Virus record (IMG/VR): IMGVR_UViG_3300029825_000004
Length of the DNA stretch: 64,000 bases
From: a virus
Strand: one strand, 5' to 3'
The notes beneath the pieces were generated by a model. It saw nothing but the letters and a program-made list of their open reading frames with translations, was not told the DNA's origin and ran no database searches. Below, one piece after another: positions 18,705 to 28,525 of the stretch. A program made the position numbers and the translations under genes. The number at the start of each line of letters is the position of its first letter. The stretch's first letter is position 1.

Positions 18705-21700
18705 CTAACCTGTTGCCGTTAGCATAGAACGAATTTCAATGCCTAAAGCCTGCATATCCGCTCTTTCATTAACTTCTACATGCTCAATATTAACGGCTTT
18801 GTCTACCAGCAGTTTGCGCCGGTCCATTGCCGCTATTACTCTGTCAGCAACACGGTCTAAATCGGCATTGTCGCCGCCCGTTATCCTGCTGGTTATATCA
18901 GGTGTTTTAACCAAAATTGAAGCCAGCCGGTCAAAACTAGTGGTCAACTGCGGCGATAACACTCGTTCATCGTGTTTTAGGACAGCTGCGCCGGTTTGCA
19001 AGACCTTGGCCCCATCGTGCGCTTTATCCCATATCTGGATTGAGTCATCGGAACCGATATACTTTACGATATACCCTAACGCTTCCGCTACTTGACGTAT
19101 GCTTAAATAGGTTGTGCCGTTGTCATTTTGCAAAGGCGAGAACCACTTGCCGCCAACTTGGACCTGCTGCCGTTGCTGATTCCATTCCGCGCTTTCGCCT
19201 AACAATCCAGCCAGCGTTCTAGCAGGCAGCGTGTACATACCGCCGATGTTTCTCACCTGATTAGGCGATACGGTTGCCACCAGCTTTTGCTGAGGACCGG
19301 GCTTGTAAGAGGGCTGACCAGCATCAGAGCCGGAAGGAAGATCGTCATAATCGCTTTCCACATCGGACATGAAATCTTTAAACCCGCTTGGAAGTTCAGT
19401 TTGACCATCCTCAATTCCCTTGGCTAGGTTTTTCATCCAATCTAAACCCTTTTGATACATGTCCTCGTTTGCAGAACCGAGAGCAGCCAGCATGTCCAGC
19501 GTATGGTCATTAAGCAGGTTTTCGATTTCACTATAATACTTCTGCATTTCCTGCTTCTTGCGGTCATTCTGGGTTTTAAGCTGGTTGATTTCCTCTCTGG
19601 ACGATTTCTCAATGGCTTTTTGTTTATCCTTGAGGGCATCTATCTGATCTTGGTAGGCATCCTTCTGGTCTTCTCTCGCCCAATCATTCTGTTGGAGTTG
19701 CCATGCGCGGTTTTCTTCGGCTATTTCATCATCTATTTCCTTTATCCTGTCCTGATGTTCCAGGCCGGTTCTAAGTTCATGATATAGGCGTTCCTCTGCC
19801 AGTTCAGCCAATTTTTTGTTGTGCTGCCGCTCCGCCTCTTCTCTATCTTCGGATTCAGCATCATCATCCAACAAATCCATTAACCGCTGAATAGCCGCAA
19901 TTTCATCATCAATAGCACTGACCGCCGCCTCCGCTTGTTTTTCTTTGCGCTCAATCAGTTTATCATTAGCCTCTATCTCATCTTCGTACTGGCTCATCCG
20001 CTCGTCATAGGCATCTTTGATTTTATTCATTTCTTCATCAAGCAAGGCCCGCCGCTCTCTAAACCTCTCTTCTTCGAGCTTCCATACTTCGTTTTGCTGG
20101 AGCCTTGTCTCGTCAATGCCTTTAAGATAATCAAGCTGCTGCTGAGTGCTTAACCTGCCGATGGATTCCATGTGTTGCATCCAGCTCATCATAGACTGAT
20201 AGTAGCCGCTATAAGCCGTAGTCGCCAGTTCTTCTAATGCGCCCTTGTTTTCCCATATCTTTTGAGTGTTGCTGGCTATTGTTCCGGAAAGACTGTCTAT
20301 TTCGCTTTGCAGGTCTTTTACCGCGCTTTGCGCATCCTTCATATGCTCGAAGTCGCCAGCGGCTTTAAACTTTTCATATTCAGCCGTTGCTTTCGCCAGC
20401 AAGGGATTAAGCATATTTATCTGCTGTTGATATTGTATATTGGCTTGCGCCAGCTTGATCTGCTCATCTTCAACCAAACCCATCTTAGTTCCTATCAGTT
20501 CTTGCATCCGGGCATAATCCGCGCTTGTAGCCGTACCTGCCTCAACTCTGCTATTAAGGTAGTCATATTCAGCTCCGACAGTGCCAAGCTGCCTGTCAAG
20601 CCCTTGGAGAGTTGACCCAATCCCATAATTAACGACTTCAAACATCTTGGAAGAATCAGCTAACTGCTTCAAGGATTCGGAGATTGCATCGACAGAGGAA
20701 CCAGCGGAGCCTGAGCCAGGAGCAGGGGGGCCGCCGCCAGGTGTAATATCTGCATTTATTCCGGCTATGTTTCTTTGTGATTGCTTTATGGCTTTTTCAA
20801 TTGCATCAATTTGTTTTTTGGTATCCTGAGCAATTTTAATCTTTTCGTTTTTTTCTTTCTCAAGTTCAGCTAGGTTTGACTTTTGCCCAAACATCGTTTT
20901 TACAAAATTGCCCGTTGCCTCGAAAAATCCCCATTCCATGGGATTGCCATAAGCGGCTATTTCTTGTTCAATGATTTTTACCCTTGCAAGAGCTCCGTTT
21001 TTAACGGCTTTAACCTTTTTTAACTCTGAATTTTGGGTGTTTATTACAGCTTGATTTTCTCCAATTTTTAACTCGTTAAGTTTTGCAATTATCTCATCTA
21101 CGGTAGCATTACGCTTTAGGCCTGCCTCTTGAGCAATGTCAGCCATAAGCCTTTCGGTTTCGCCTAGCGCATCCTGAGTCTTTTTAGCTTCTTCTGAACC
21201 TTCTTTTTGCCGGGCAAGGACTTTAGTTAAATCCTCTCGCCGCTCTGCTAAATCCTCTAAAACATTCTTTTCAGATTCCCATTCCTGAGCGTTTTTGGCG
21301 TGCTCCGCAACCTCTGCCTGCAACGTTTTCATGCTATTTTCGAGCGAATCTTCCAATTGCTCCTGGGATTTCTTTAAATCATTGCTTGTGCTTATTAATT
21401 TGTCCATTTCCGCACGATTGATTTTTATTGAATCGGTTTCTTCATCCCATCCATCAATAAGTTCAGGAATGGAGTCGGCGATTTGACCTTTCAATGTGCC
21501 TAATTCCTTGGCAGTCTGATTATATTCATCCGTACCTTGCGCCATAGAATCAAGTTTTTCAGTCAGCCTGTCATATTCGCCGGACAACCCTTCAGCCATT
21601 TCACCATGAGCGATTAACTCGTCATTGGCTCGCTGAGCATTTCGCGCCAATGTTATATAAGCCGTTGCAACCGCTATAATACTTGCCACTACAGGACCAC

Positions 21701-23746
21701 CAAAAGCGGCTATCATTCCTTTGCCAATATTGGACAGCAAGACGGTTATTCCCGTTAAAGCAGACATTAAGGTTCTTGTCGCTACAGTTGCTGCACCAAT
21801 CGGCACGGCCCATCCAGCCATTAGCCCGCCAACTCCTGCTATAGCTCCGCTTACTCCCAGACCTTTTAGAGCAGCACTCAATAATTTGGCTACAACCATT
21901 ACCTCTGCCGCCGTTAATATCAAAGTCTGCATTGAATCATCCAAGCCATTGAACCACTGCACTACATCGGTTACACCCTCAACTAATCCAGTTATTTCTC
22001 TAAGCAAACCAGCATCACCTAATGCCACAGCTAACTGTTCTGCTGATGCTTTTAAGACTTCAATCTGCTTCTCAAGGGTCTGCATGGTGCGCTCGTTTTC
22101 TTTCATAGAGTAGCCAAGAGCGTTCTCCTGAGATATTAAAACTTCATCAACTTTTGACCAGTTCTGCAGTAAAGCCAGCAAGTAGTTTCTACGGTAAACA
22201 CCAGCGGCGGCTTGAGATAAATCCCGCTGCTGCATATCGTTCCATTGCTCCTGCATTCCTACCGCTTCGGACATTTCCTCGCTAAACAATCCCGCAGCTT
22301 CTGCTTCGGTGGTAAAGGCTTGTTTTGCCGCTTCGCCCATTTGAGGCCACTTAGCAGCCATTTCGTCAAATATCTCTATAACATTTCTGAACTGAGTCCT
22401 TGCCTCATCAGCAAATACCGCAATGCCCATTGATTCAAAAGTATCAATCGCCTTATCGCGCTGCATAAAGGAAAGGATAGAGTTTAATGCGTTTCCAACC
22501 TCTTTGCCCGTTCTGCCTGTCGCTTCTCTCATGGCGGTGAGTATGGCTATGGTTTCCTCAAGGGTTAATCCCAAGACTTTAGCCGCACCAGATGAACGCT
22601 GTAAACCAGCCACAAGATCACTGGAAGTTATGGCATAATCATCCGCAACTTTATTGACTTTATCTATAACCGGCAATAGCTCATCTGCCGTTAAGCCCCA
22701 TTGGGCCATCACCGCTATTAATCCGCTTGTCTCCGCAACCTCATTTTTCAATGAGGGATAGACTATATCTTCACCATCGGCATTATCCGTTAAGGTGCCC
22801 CGCACTTCGAGCCCAAAGCCCTACTCCCCTATGGGATAGTCGTTGAACCTTCCTCTGTTCGAGGCTTGGCTGCTGATTGCCCAATTCTTATGCTTTTCAA
22901 ACCTTCACGATTAGGCATATTTCATCCTTGCGTTGTGGTGCATAAAACTCTAAGGGGTTTCCAGCAATTCACGGGGTCGTTATTCTATAAGTTATCCCTA
23001 TAGAACGCCTGTAGGTAGCATTATGCTGCCCAAGCCTGTTCCGCATTTAATTCTGCGGTATTAAGAGCCAGTAATGAATCCTTGGTAAGTTCTATTGTGT
23101 CAGCCTGATTATACCCAGCCTGCGCCCACCGAATAGCTATGTCGCTTATATCGCCCCAAGTATCGCCATAGGTCACGCCTAATTGCTGAAGCTCATCACG
23201 CATACCCTTGAAGCTGAAATTAACATCTTCGGTAACACGGGCTATTGTAGTCATGCCCATTTCCACATCTTTAATCGTGGAAAGAACTTCATATATTCCA
23301 GACATGCCGCCCATTACTAACGCGCCAGTGCCTAGCCATGATACTCTGCGTTCCATCAATCCCGCTAATCCCGTAGGCTTGCTCTCAAAGGCGGCTCGCC
23401 TAGATTGCATATACAAGATTTTTTCTTGTTCTACCTGTTGCCTTACTATCGCCAATTGCGTAGCGGCCTCCTTTTGGGCTATCTGTTGCCTAGCCAATGC
23501 TTCTTTAGCATGGATAGCAGATATTTGAGACTCGCCCTTGGTTATCGCCGCCACTTTTTGAGCTTCGCCTTGAGTAACAGCTTGCATGGCAGCAGGAGAT
23601 ACTAAGCTGGTATTCTTAAAAGCCTCTTGCGCCTTGAGAGCCGTTTCTTTTGCCATTGCCTCTACAGCTTCCATCTGCTTTGCAATATCATCAATTCCAA
23701 ATCGAAGTTGCGCTAATATCGCATTTTCCATATTTAGGTCATCCAT
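18705..23746 (-). CDS. Tape measure protein (TP901-type core), two exons 23746-23033 and 22730-18705; about 1579 aa spliced
   Basis: TMP motifs continue across the intron (ALNTAELNAEQA|TSGLIAVMAQWGL); long coiled coils; C-terminal CAO-N-like domain. Confidence 0.9.
22731..23032 (-). ncRNA. Group I self-splicing intron (302 nt, no ORF)
   Basis: P GAATTGCTGGAAA, Q AATCAGCAG, R TTCAACGACTA, S AAGATATAGTCT; exon ends in U, intron ends in G; removal restores frame. Confidence 0.9.
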
Positions 23747-23845
23747 TAATTCACCACCTTTCAGAAAATAAAAAACTCCCGTCGTTGGGCAATTGGTTGT
23801 AATATTTTACAATTTTGCATATACTGTACTTAAAGGAGGGATAGT

Positions 23846-24346
23846 ATGGGTAATTTTATTGTGGCTCTAATTATCTTCGGCTTTTTTAGTTTATTAATAA
23901 TCGGAACAAGGGCAAACCACAAAGAAAATAAGGCAACCGCTATTATGACTGATTCAGGTCATTATCTCGTTCAATATCTAGGAGGCAGTCCCCACATTGA
24001 TGCAATATCTAATGGGTATATTAAACCCAGAGAAGAAGCCCTGGTTTATTTGCCGCAAAATTCAAGCACAATTTTAACCCGATGGAATAACGTCAAATCC
24101 CTAGAAGTTAAAACACATGAGCAAATAACAAATGATATTACCTTAGGTCGTGTGCTTACTCTAGGAGTCTTTGCCCTTGCCGCTAAAAAACAAACTGTCC
24201 ACACAAAACAATATTTAGTAATTCACTGTGAAGAAGAGGAAGTGAATTATGATATGGTTTTCACTGGCGTAAACATGGGGGCGTTAGCCTCGCAAATCAA
24301 TAAAGCCTTAATCGGCTATCGCAAAGAAACTAAGGCCCTATCCTGA
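23846..24346 (+). CDS. Single-pass membrane moron protein
   Basis: N-terminal TM helix, internal GRVLTLGVFALAAKK motif; opposite strand within tail module. Confidence 0.75.
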   Translation: MGNFIVALIIFGFFSLLIIGTRANHKENKATAIMTDSGHYLVQYLGGSPHIDAISNGYIKPREEALVYLPQNSSTILTRWNNVKSLEVKTHEQITNDITLGRVLTLGVFALAAKKQTVHTKQYLVIHCEEEEVNYDMVFTGVNMGALASQINKALIGYRKETKALS

Positions 24347-24418
24347 GAAAAGCCCTACAATCCATTTTAGAAGAATAAGCATAAAAAATGTCAGATAATC
24401 CATCCAGTATTTTTTATA

Positions 24419-24446
24419 TTACATTTCAGCCAAATTATGCTAAAAT
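24419..24446 (+). promoter_or_regulatory. Sigma-A-like promoter
   Basis: TTACAT-N16-TAAAAT with extended TG. Confidence 0.55.
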
Positions 24447-24590
24447 TATACTTGGTTCTTGGTTATATGCGTGGGAGCTCCTTCTAGCGGTGAGAGTGCC
24501 GCAATTGGAACAATGAAGCAGAAACACACTTAGCATACGTAAAGGAGAGTGTTACATTTGCTTCATTCGCCTGGAAGGAGGTGAATATTC

Positions 24591-24740
24591 ATGGTTGTTG
24601 CTATAAGAATCATTCCAAATGGTTCCTGTGGTAAGGACTCCCGTGATGCTTGGTGTAGATATTGCGCCATTCAAAAGGGATGCCAAGCCACAGAAAAAGC
24701 AATGGCCCTCTGGGTCTCGCCCACCCAAAGAGCCAAGTAA
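24591..24740 (+). CDS. Small Cys-rich protein (49 aa)
   Basis: AAGGAGGTG RBS, ATG, MVVAIRIIPNGSCGKDSRDAWCRYCAIQKGC...; own promoter and terminator. Confidence 0.65.
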   Translation: MVVAIRIIPNGSCGKDSRDAWCRYCAIQKGCQATEKAMALWVSPTQRAK

Positions 24741-24744
24741 CCAC

Positions 24745-24774
24745 GGCGGGGCTTCGGCCCTGCCAATATATTTT
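24745..24774 (+). terminator. Intrinsic terminator (UUCG loop)
   Basis: GGCGGGGC-TTCG-GCCCTGCC then AT-rich tail. Confidence 0.65.
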
Positions 24775-24922
24775 ATGCTATTATATACTATTTATGCCAT
24801 TTGGGCAACGTTTCGGCAGAGAGGCTAATCATGAGAACCTTCTACCAATCCTGCGTCAAACTGACGATCGCCTTATTCGTCCTGTATTGGACGTTTAGGC
24901 TAGGCATGTATTTTGGGGGGAA

Positions 24923-25237
24923 TTAATCTCCTGTGCCCGAAAATGGTACTAATTGCGCCCCCATAAAGCTAGCTAACGCCCTTATATCATCTGTTGTGGC
25001 ATAATGAGCTTTAGGTTTTTCGCCTTTAACTTCGTAGCCATGAATTTTAGCCTGAAACAACTGATCATCTGCCATCACACCAGCTAACAACCGAACTTGC
25101 AACATAGTCAGTTTCCTAACCTTCTCAAAGCCGCCTAATTTTAAAGCCAATTTAGCAAGTGCCTTTTGAACTTCACCGGGTTTAGGTGGCTCTCTGTCCT
25201 CTGTTTCATCATCTTTTGGATTACTAACCGACCAGAA
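24923..25237 (-). CDS. Tail assembly chaperone C-terminal extension (gpT-like frame)
   Basis: Open frame overlapping the end of the upstream chaperone, no clear RBS of its own, before TMP. Confidence 0.6.
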   Translation of the reverse strand, partial: FWSVSNPKDDETEDREPPKPGEVQKALAKLALKLGGFEKVRKLTMLQVRLLAGVMADDQLFQAKIHGYEVKGEKPKAHYATTDDIRALASFMGAQLVPFSGTGD

Positions 25238-25544
25238 AGTATTCGATGGCGTCCACCATCTCTTTCCTGTTCATCTTCTTTATAGCTTCAACCGGTGCAT
25301 CAGGAAATATCATCTGCAATAATGCCAGCAGCTTCTTTACCCTTGCATCACGCGGTTTGTAGTCTTTTTCATCTTGCAGTTTTATGAAGTTGATATAAAA
25401 CCCCTTTTCAGACAAATAAAGCCCTTCAGTTTTTTCCCCAATGTCCAGCAATTCCTCAAAGGTCGCTATGTGCGCCCGATACCCTTTACCGTCAATGGTA
25501 AACTTATCTCCTAATCCTAATGCTTCGTTAACCTCACTCATCAT
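25224..25544 (-). CDS. Tail assembly chaperone (gpG-like)
   Basis: Between tail tube and TMP; AAGGGAG RBS with ATG at 25544. Confidence 0.75.
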   Translation of the reverse strand: MMSEVNEALGLGDKFTIDGKGYRAHIATFEELLDIGEKTEGLYLSEKGFYINFIKLQDEKDYKPRDARVKKLLALLQMIFPDAPVEAIKKMNRKEMVDAIEYFLVG

Positions 25545-25666
25545 TAAATCTCCCTTCAAATTTATTTTCTCCCCCTAAAATCCCCATAAAGGGGAGTCCC
25601 GGCAAGGCAGGAGAGAAACCGAGCCGGGACTATTTCATCTGCCGGTAAGGAGGAACCAGCAGGGGG

Positions 25667-26440
25667 TTAAGCCACTAAATCGGTTGCTATATAGCCCAAA
25701 ACTCCATCAACACGCGCATCAAGTACGGAAAAGTCAAGTTTTGGAGTCGCGGCATCAGCACGTTTCCAATCTAAATTCATATCCCCGGAAGCCTTGCAAT
25801 AGTAAAAACGCGTGACAACACGCATCTTGCCTGCCAAGGGGTCAGCGAATTTGCCATCATGAACGATCTCCACAATTGGAATAGTGTCATCATTCTTAAT
25901 GGTTGCAACAGTAGCGGTTGTGCTGGTAGCGTCATAGTCAACAATAATTGCCTTGCCCTTATCGGCTTCGGCAAAGGTCAACACGCCAGAGGCGATAGAA
26001 TACTTCCCAGTAGCTTCAGAGCCGGAGGCAACTCTTTCAAATAAGGTGCCACTTCCGTCTGCAAGCCTTACAGTTTCCGATAAAGCTACTGCGCTGGCGG
26101 CTTTGCTTAGGGTTACCGTATAAGTTGTAGCAGATGGGATAGTCGCTGTTTCTCCAAACACCGGCATAGCCACTGACTGAGCGGTTGCGACGGTAGAACC
26201 CATTACCTTGAGATAATTTAAATTGAATTTATTGTTAGTGAAAGACAAATTAATTGCCCTGTCACCTGATACGCTGGTAATAGGATAATACCCAGAACCG
26301 TAAACATCTTTGGCGGGATATTTCATGCTTACCTGCATGTCACCAAGTCCGTTAAGACGAGCAATAACAACGCCACCTTGTTTTACCAAGGCTTGTCCAG
26401 AACCTTGAATTATAAAATCTTCTGGCAGTAAAAAGGCCAT
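25667..26440 (-). CDS. Major tail (tube) protein
   Basis: 257 aa beta-rich protein after tail terminator, before chaperones. Confidence 0.8.
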   Translation of the reverse strand: MAFLLPEDFIIQGSGQALVKQGGVVIARLNGLGDMQVSMKYPAKDVYGSGYYPITSVSGDRAINLSFTNNKFNLNYLKVMGSTVATAQSVAMPVFGETATIPSATTYTVTLSKAASAVALSETVRLADGSGTLFERVASGSEATGKYSIASGVLTFAEADKGKAIIVDYDATSTTATVATIKNDDTIPIVEIVHDGKFADPLAGKMRVVTRFYYCKASGDMNLDWKRADAATPKLDFSVLDARVDGVLGYIATDLVA

Positions 26441-26456
26441 TTATCCACTTCCTTTC

Positions 26457-26491
26457 AAAAAATAAAGGCCACCGAATCTACTCAATGACCT
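26457..26491 (-). terminator. Intrinsic terminator upstream of major tail gene
   Basis: AGGTCATTGA-GTAGAT-TCGGTGGCCT followed by TTATTTTTT. Confidence 0.5.
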
Positions 26492-26936
26492 CGCCAACCT
26501 TAAACCTCATCACATATTTTTTTATTTCAGCCACATTTGAAGGGCCCTGATAACTGGTTTGAAACTCCGTTAGGAATGTCGCCCCGGAAAGTTGGACTTG
26601 ATGTAGCAATTCTCTTGCCCTTTGTCCAATCAGCATCGTTCCTGCGGTCTTTCCTGGTGGAATACCAGAACTACTATTGCTATAAACAGCCACTTCAAAC
26701 ATTGAGTCATAGACTATCGCATTCGCCCTTGACCTAACGCCGGGAATAGGGTAAATGCAACATAGCGGGATATTGGCCGCACTTAAGCCTGTTGGCTCCA
26801 TCTCTTTTTGAATTTTGGCTACTATATCAGCCATATTAGAAGTTGGAGTTAGGCCAAAATACCCCAGAAAAACAGAATCGGCTTTCAACTTCCCGAAAAC
26901 CGAATTAACTATTGCGAAATCACTCAAGGGCATCAC
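26478..26936 (-). CDS. Tail terminator protein
   Basis: Size and position immediately before tail tube. Confidence 0.6.
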   Translation of the reverse strand: MMPLSDFAIVNSVFGKLKADSVFLGYFGLTPTSNMADIVAKIQKEMEPTGLSAANIPLCCIYPIPGVRSRANAIVYDSMFEVAVYSNSSSGIPPGKTAGTMLIGQRARELLHQVQLSGATFLTEFQTSYQGPSNVAEIKKYVMRFKVGEVIE

Positions 26937-27469
26937 CTACCATCCGAATAAATGTATTTATGAAACGGGAATGTCTTAACCGCCAGCCTTAACCGCTCGA
27001 AAACATAGGGCAGCGATAAGGCGACAACCTCACGCATCCAGTGCTGGGGTTCTTCCGGGGGGTATTCCCACTCAAGATTACGCCCCTCCCATTTGCCGGT
27101 TGAATAATGAGTCTCGCCGTCAAGGTCAACATATTCACCTTCGGGACGGCCCCTTATGGTGTGTTTGCCAGGGTCGCGGGCAGGGTTCCAATACTTAGAC
27201 TGAGTATATTCATCCCACGCTGGATTACTGGTATCTGCCTTGGAGCCAGAACCCCATTCAGTTGTTAGGGCCCCTATGCCGCCCGCTGAGACGATTCCGA
27301 CCACTTGCCCGGCTACTACCATTACTTCCCTATGAATCATGTCTCTATTGACCTCTGGAGGGGCCTTGTCTTGAACCTGCGCCCATAACCAGTCAGTTAG
27401 GGCTTCGCATTCGGCTAAAAGCATAGTTTGCAACCCTTTAGCCATTGCCTGTCCGTCAATTTTGAGCAA
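26933..27469 (-). CDS. Tail completion / neck protein (HK97 gp10-like position)
   Basis: TTEWGSG motif, position in head-tail block. Confidence 0.6.
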   Translation of the reverse strand: MLKIDGQAMAKGLQTMLLAECEALTDWLWAQVQDKAPPEVNRDMIHREVMVVAGQVVGIVSAGGIGALTTEWGSGSKADTSNPAWDEYTQSKYWNPARDPGKHTIRGRPEGEYVDLDGETHYSTGKWEGRNLEWEYPPEEPQHWMREVVALSLPYVFERLRLAVKTFPFHKYIYSDGR

Positions 27470-27481
27470 AGGACATCCCTC

Positions 27482-28072
27482 CTAACCGGCAGTCCAGATA
27501 CTTAGCTGAACGACCATTGCGCCTGGTATGCCAAATCTGTCTATATCATCTACCCGATAATCACGCCCTGCTACGGTTGCTTTATCATTTAACAACAAGC
27601 CATCATCATTAGGACAAGTGAGTTTCATTACGGTAGTATTCAATAAACCAGTATCTAGCTCGCGCATTTTGCCGTTAATCTGGTCGGCACGACAGGCCAG
27701 AGCATCTATGATAGTTAAAGGAGTTTCACCTGTTGGATTGCCGTCATCGTCATAAGTGGTTGTTGTCCTGCTCACAGTTAGGGTAGCATTGCAAATCAAT
27801 CCATAAGCAATTATTGCGGCTTCCTGCCCTTGGATAACCTCTTTGCGGGATACGACAATTATAAACCGCTCATCCCCGCAGGTTACTAACTCACCAGTAG
27901 TTAGATTAGATTCCAGCAGGCAGTTAATCATTCGCTTGTTCTGCACCGAATAATCAGATAAGGTTTTACCTATCTTGCCAATTATTGCTTTGCCCGTATA
28001 GTCCGTTGGAGTGCGGGATATGGTAATTGACAAACCTTCTTCTTGAATGTGACTAGACTTCGAGTCTATCAT
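27482..28072 (-). CDS. Head closure protein
   Basis: Beta-rich, second gene after MCP. Confidence 0.55.
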   Translation of the reverse strand: MIDSKSSHIQEEGLSITISRTPTDYTGKAIIGKIGKTLSDYSVQNKRMINCLLESNLTTGELVTCGDERFIIVVSRKEVIQGQEAAIIAYGLICNATLTVSRTTTTYDDDGNPTGETPLTIIDALACRADQINGKMRELDTGLLNTTVMKLTCPNDDGLLLNDKATVAGRDYRVDDIDRFGIPGAMVVQLSIWTAG

Positions 28073-28466
28073 TAAATACCACCCCCACAGGACTGATTAT
28101 TACGTCCTCTTGTCCGGTTGCTATACAGATGTATTCTCTTACCAATCCCTCAAATTCTCGCTTTTTCCTGTCCCAGTTAGTCGCTTGAATTTTGAAAGAA
28201 TAAAGAGTTTCATCCTGTTGCATAACCTTCACTCTTTGAGCCATACCAGGGCAAAGCAGAGCACAGACTTGAGCGATAGCAGCAGATTGCAAGAAGGTCA
28301 AATCATCACCCGTTAAACTCGCATACCCGGGGACTGATTTAATTATCAATGCTTCTGCTAGTGTCGCCTTGGATTGAATATCCGCATCGGGAAGTATGCT
28401 AGTTGTTACCCCCATATCGACACGGACTTGAGCTTCATATCCTGTTGCTAGGATTTTATTAGCGAT
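28053..28466 (-). CDS. Head-tail adaptor protein (start possibly ATC at 28466)
   Basis: Helical protein directly after MCP; GGGGGTGA RBS precedes ATC GCT AAT. Confidence 0.65.
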   Translation of the reverse strand: MANKILATGYEAQVRVDMGVTTSILPDADIQSKATLAEALIIKSVPGYASLTGDDLTFLQSAAIAQVCALLCPGMAQRVKVMQQDETLYSFKIQATNWDRKKREFEGLVREYICIATGQEDVIISPVGVVFNDRLEV

Positions 28467-28525
28467 ATTTTCACCCCCTTTAAATTGGGGAAGGGGCAGC
28501 GCAATTAGCACTACCCCTTTCAAAA

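Noticed and set aside
22731-22805. Start of the 1366-aa ORF (MRGTLTDNADGEDIV...)
   Set aside because: This sequence is the 3' part of the group I intron (contains the S element), not a real N-terminus.
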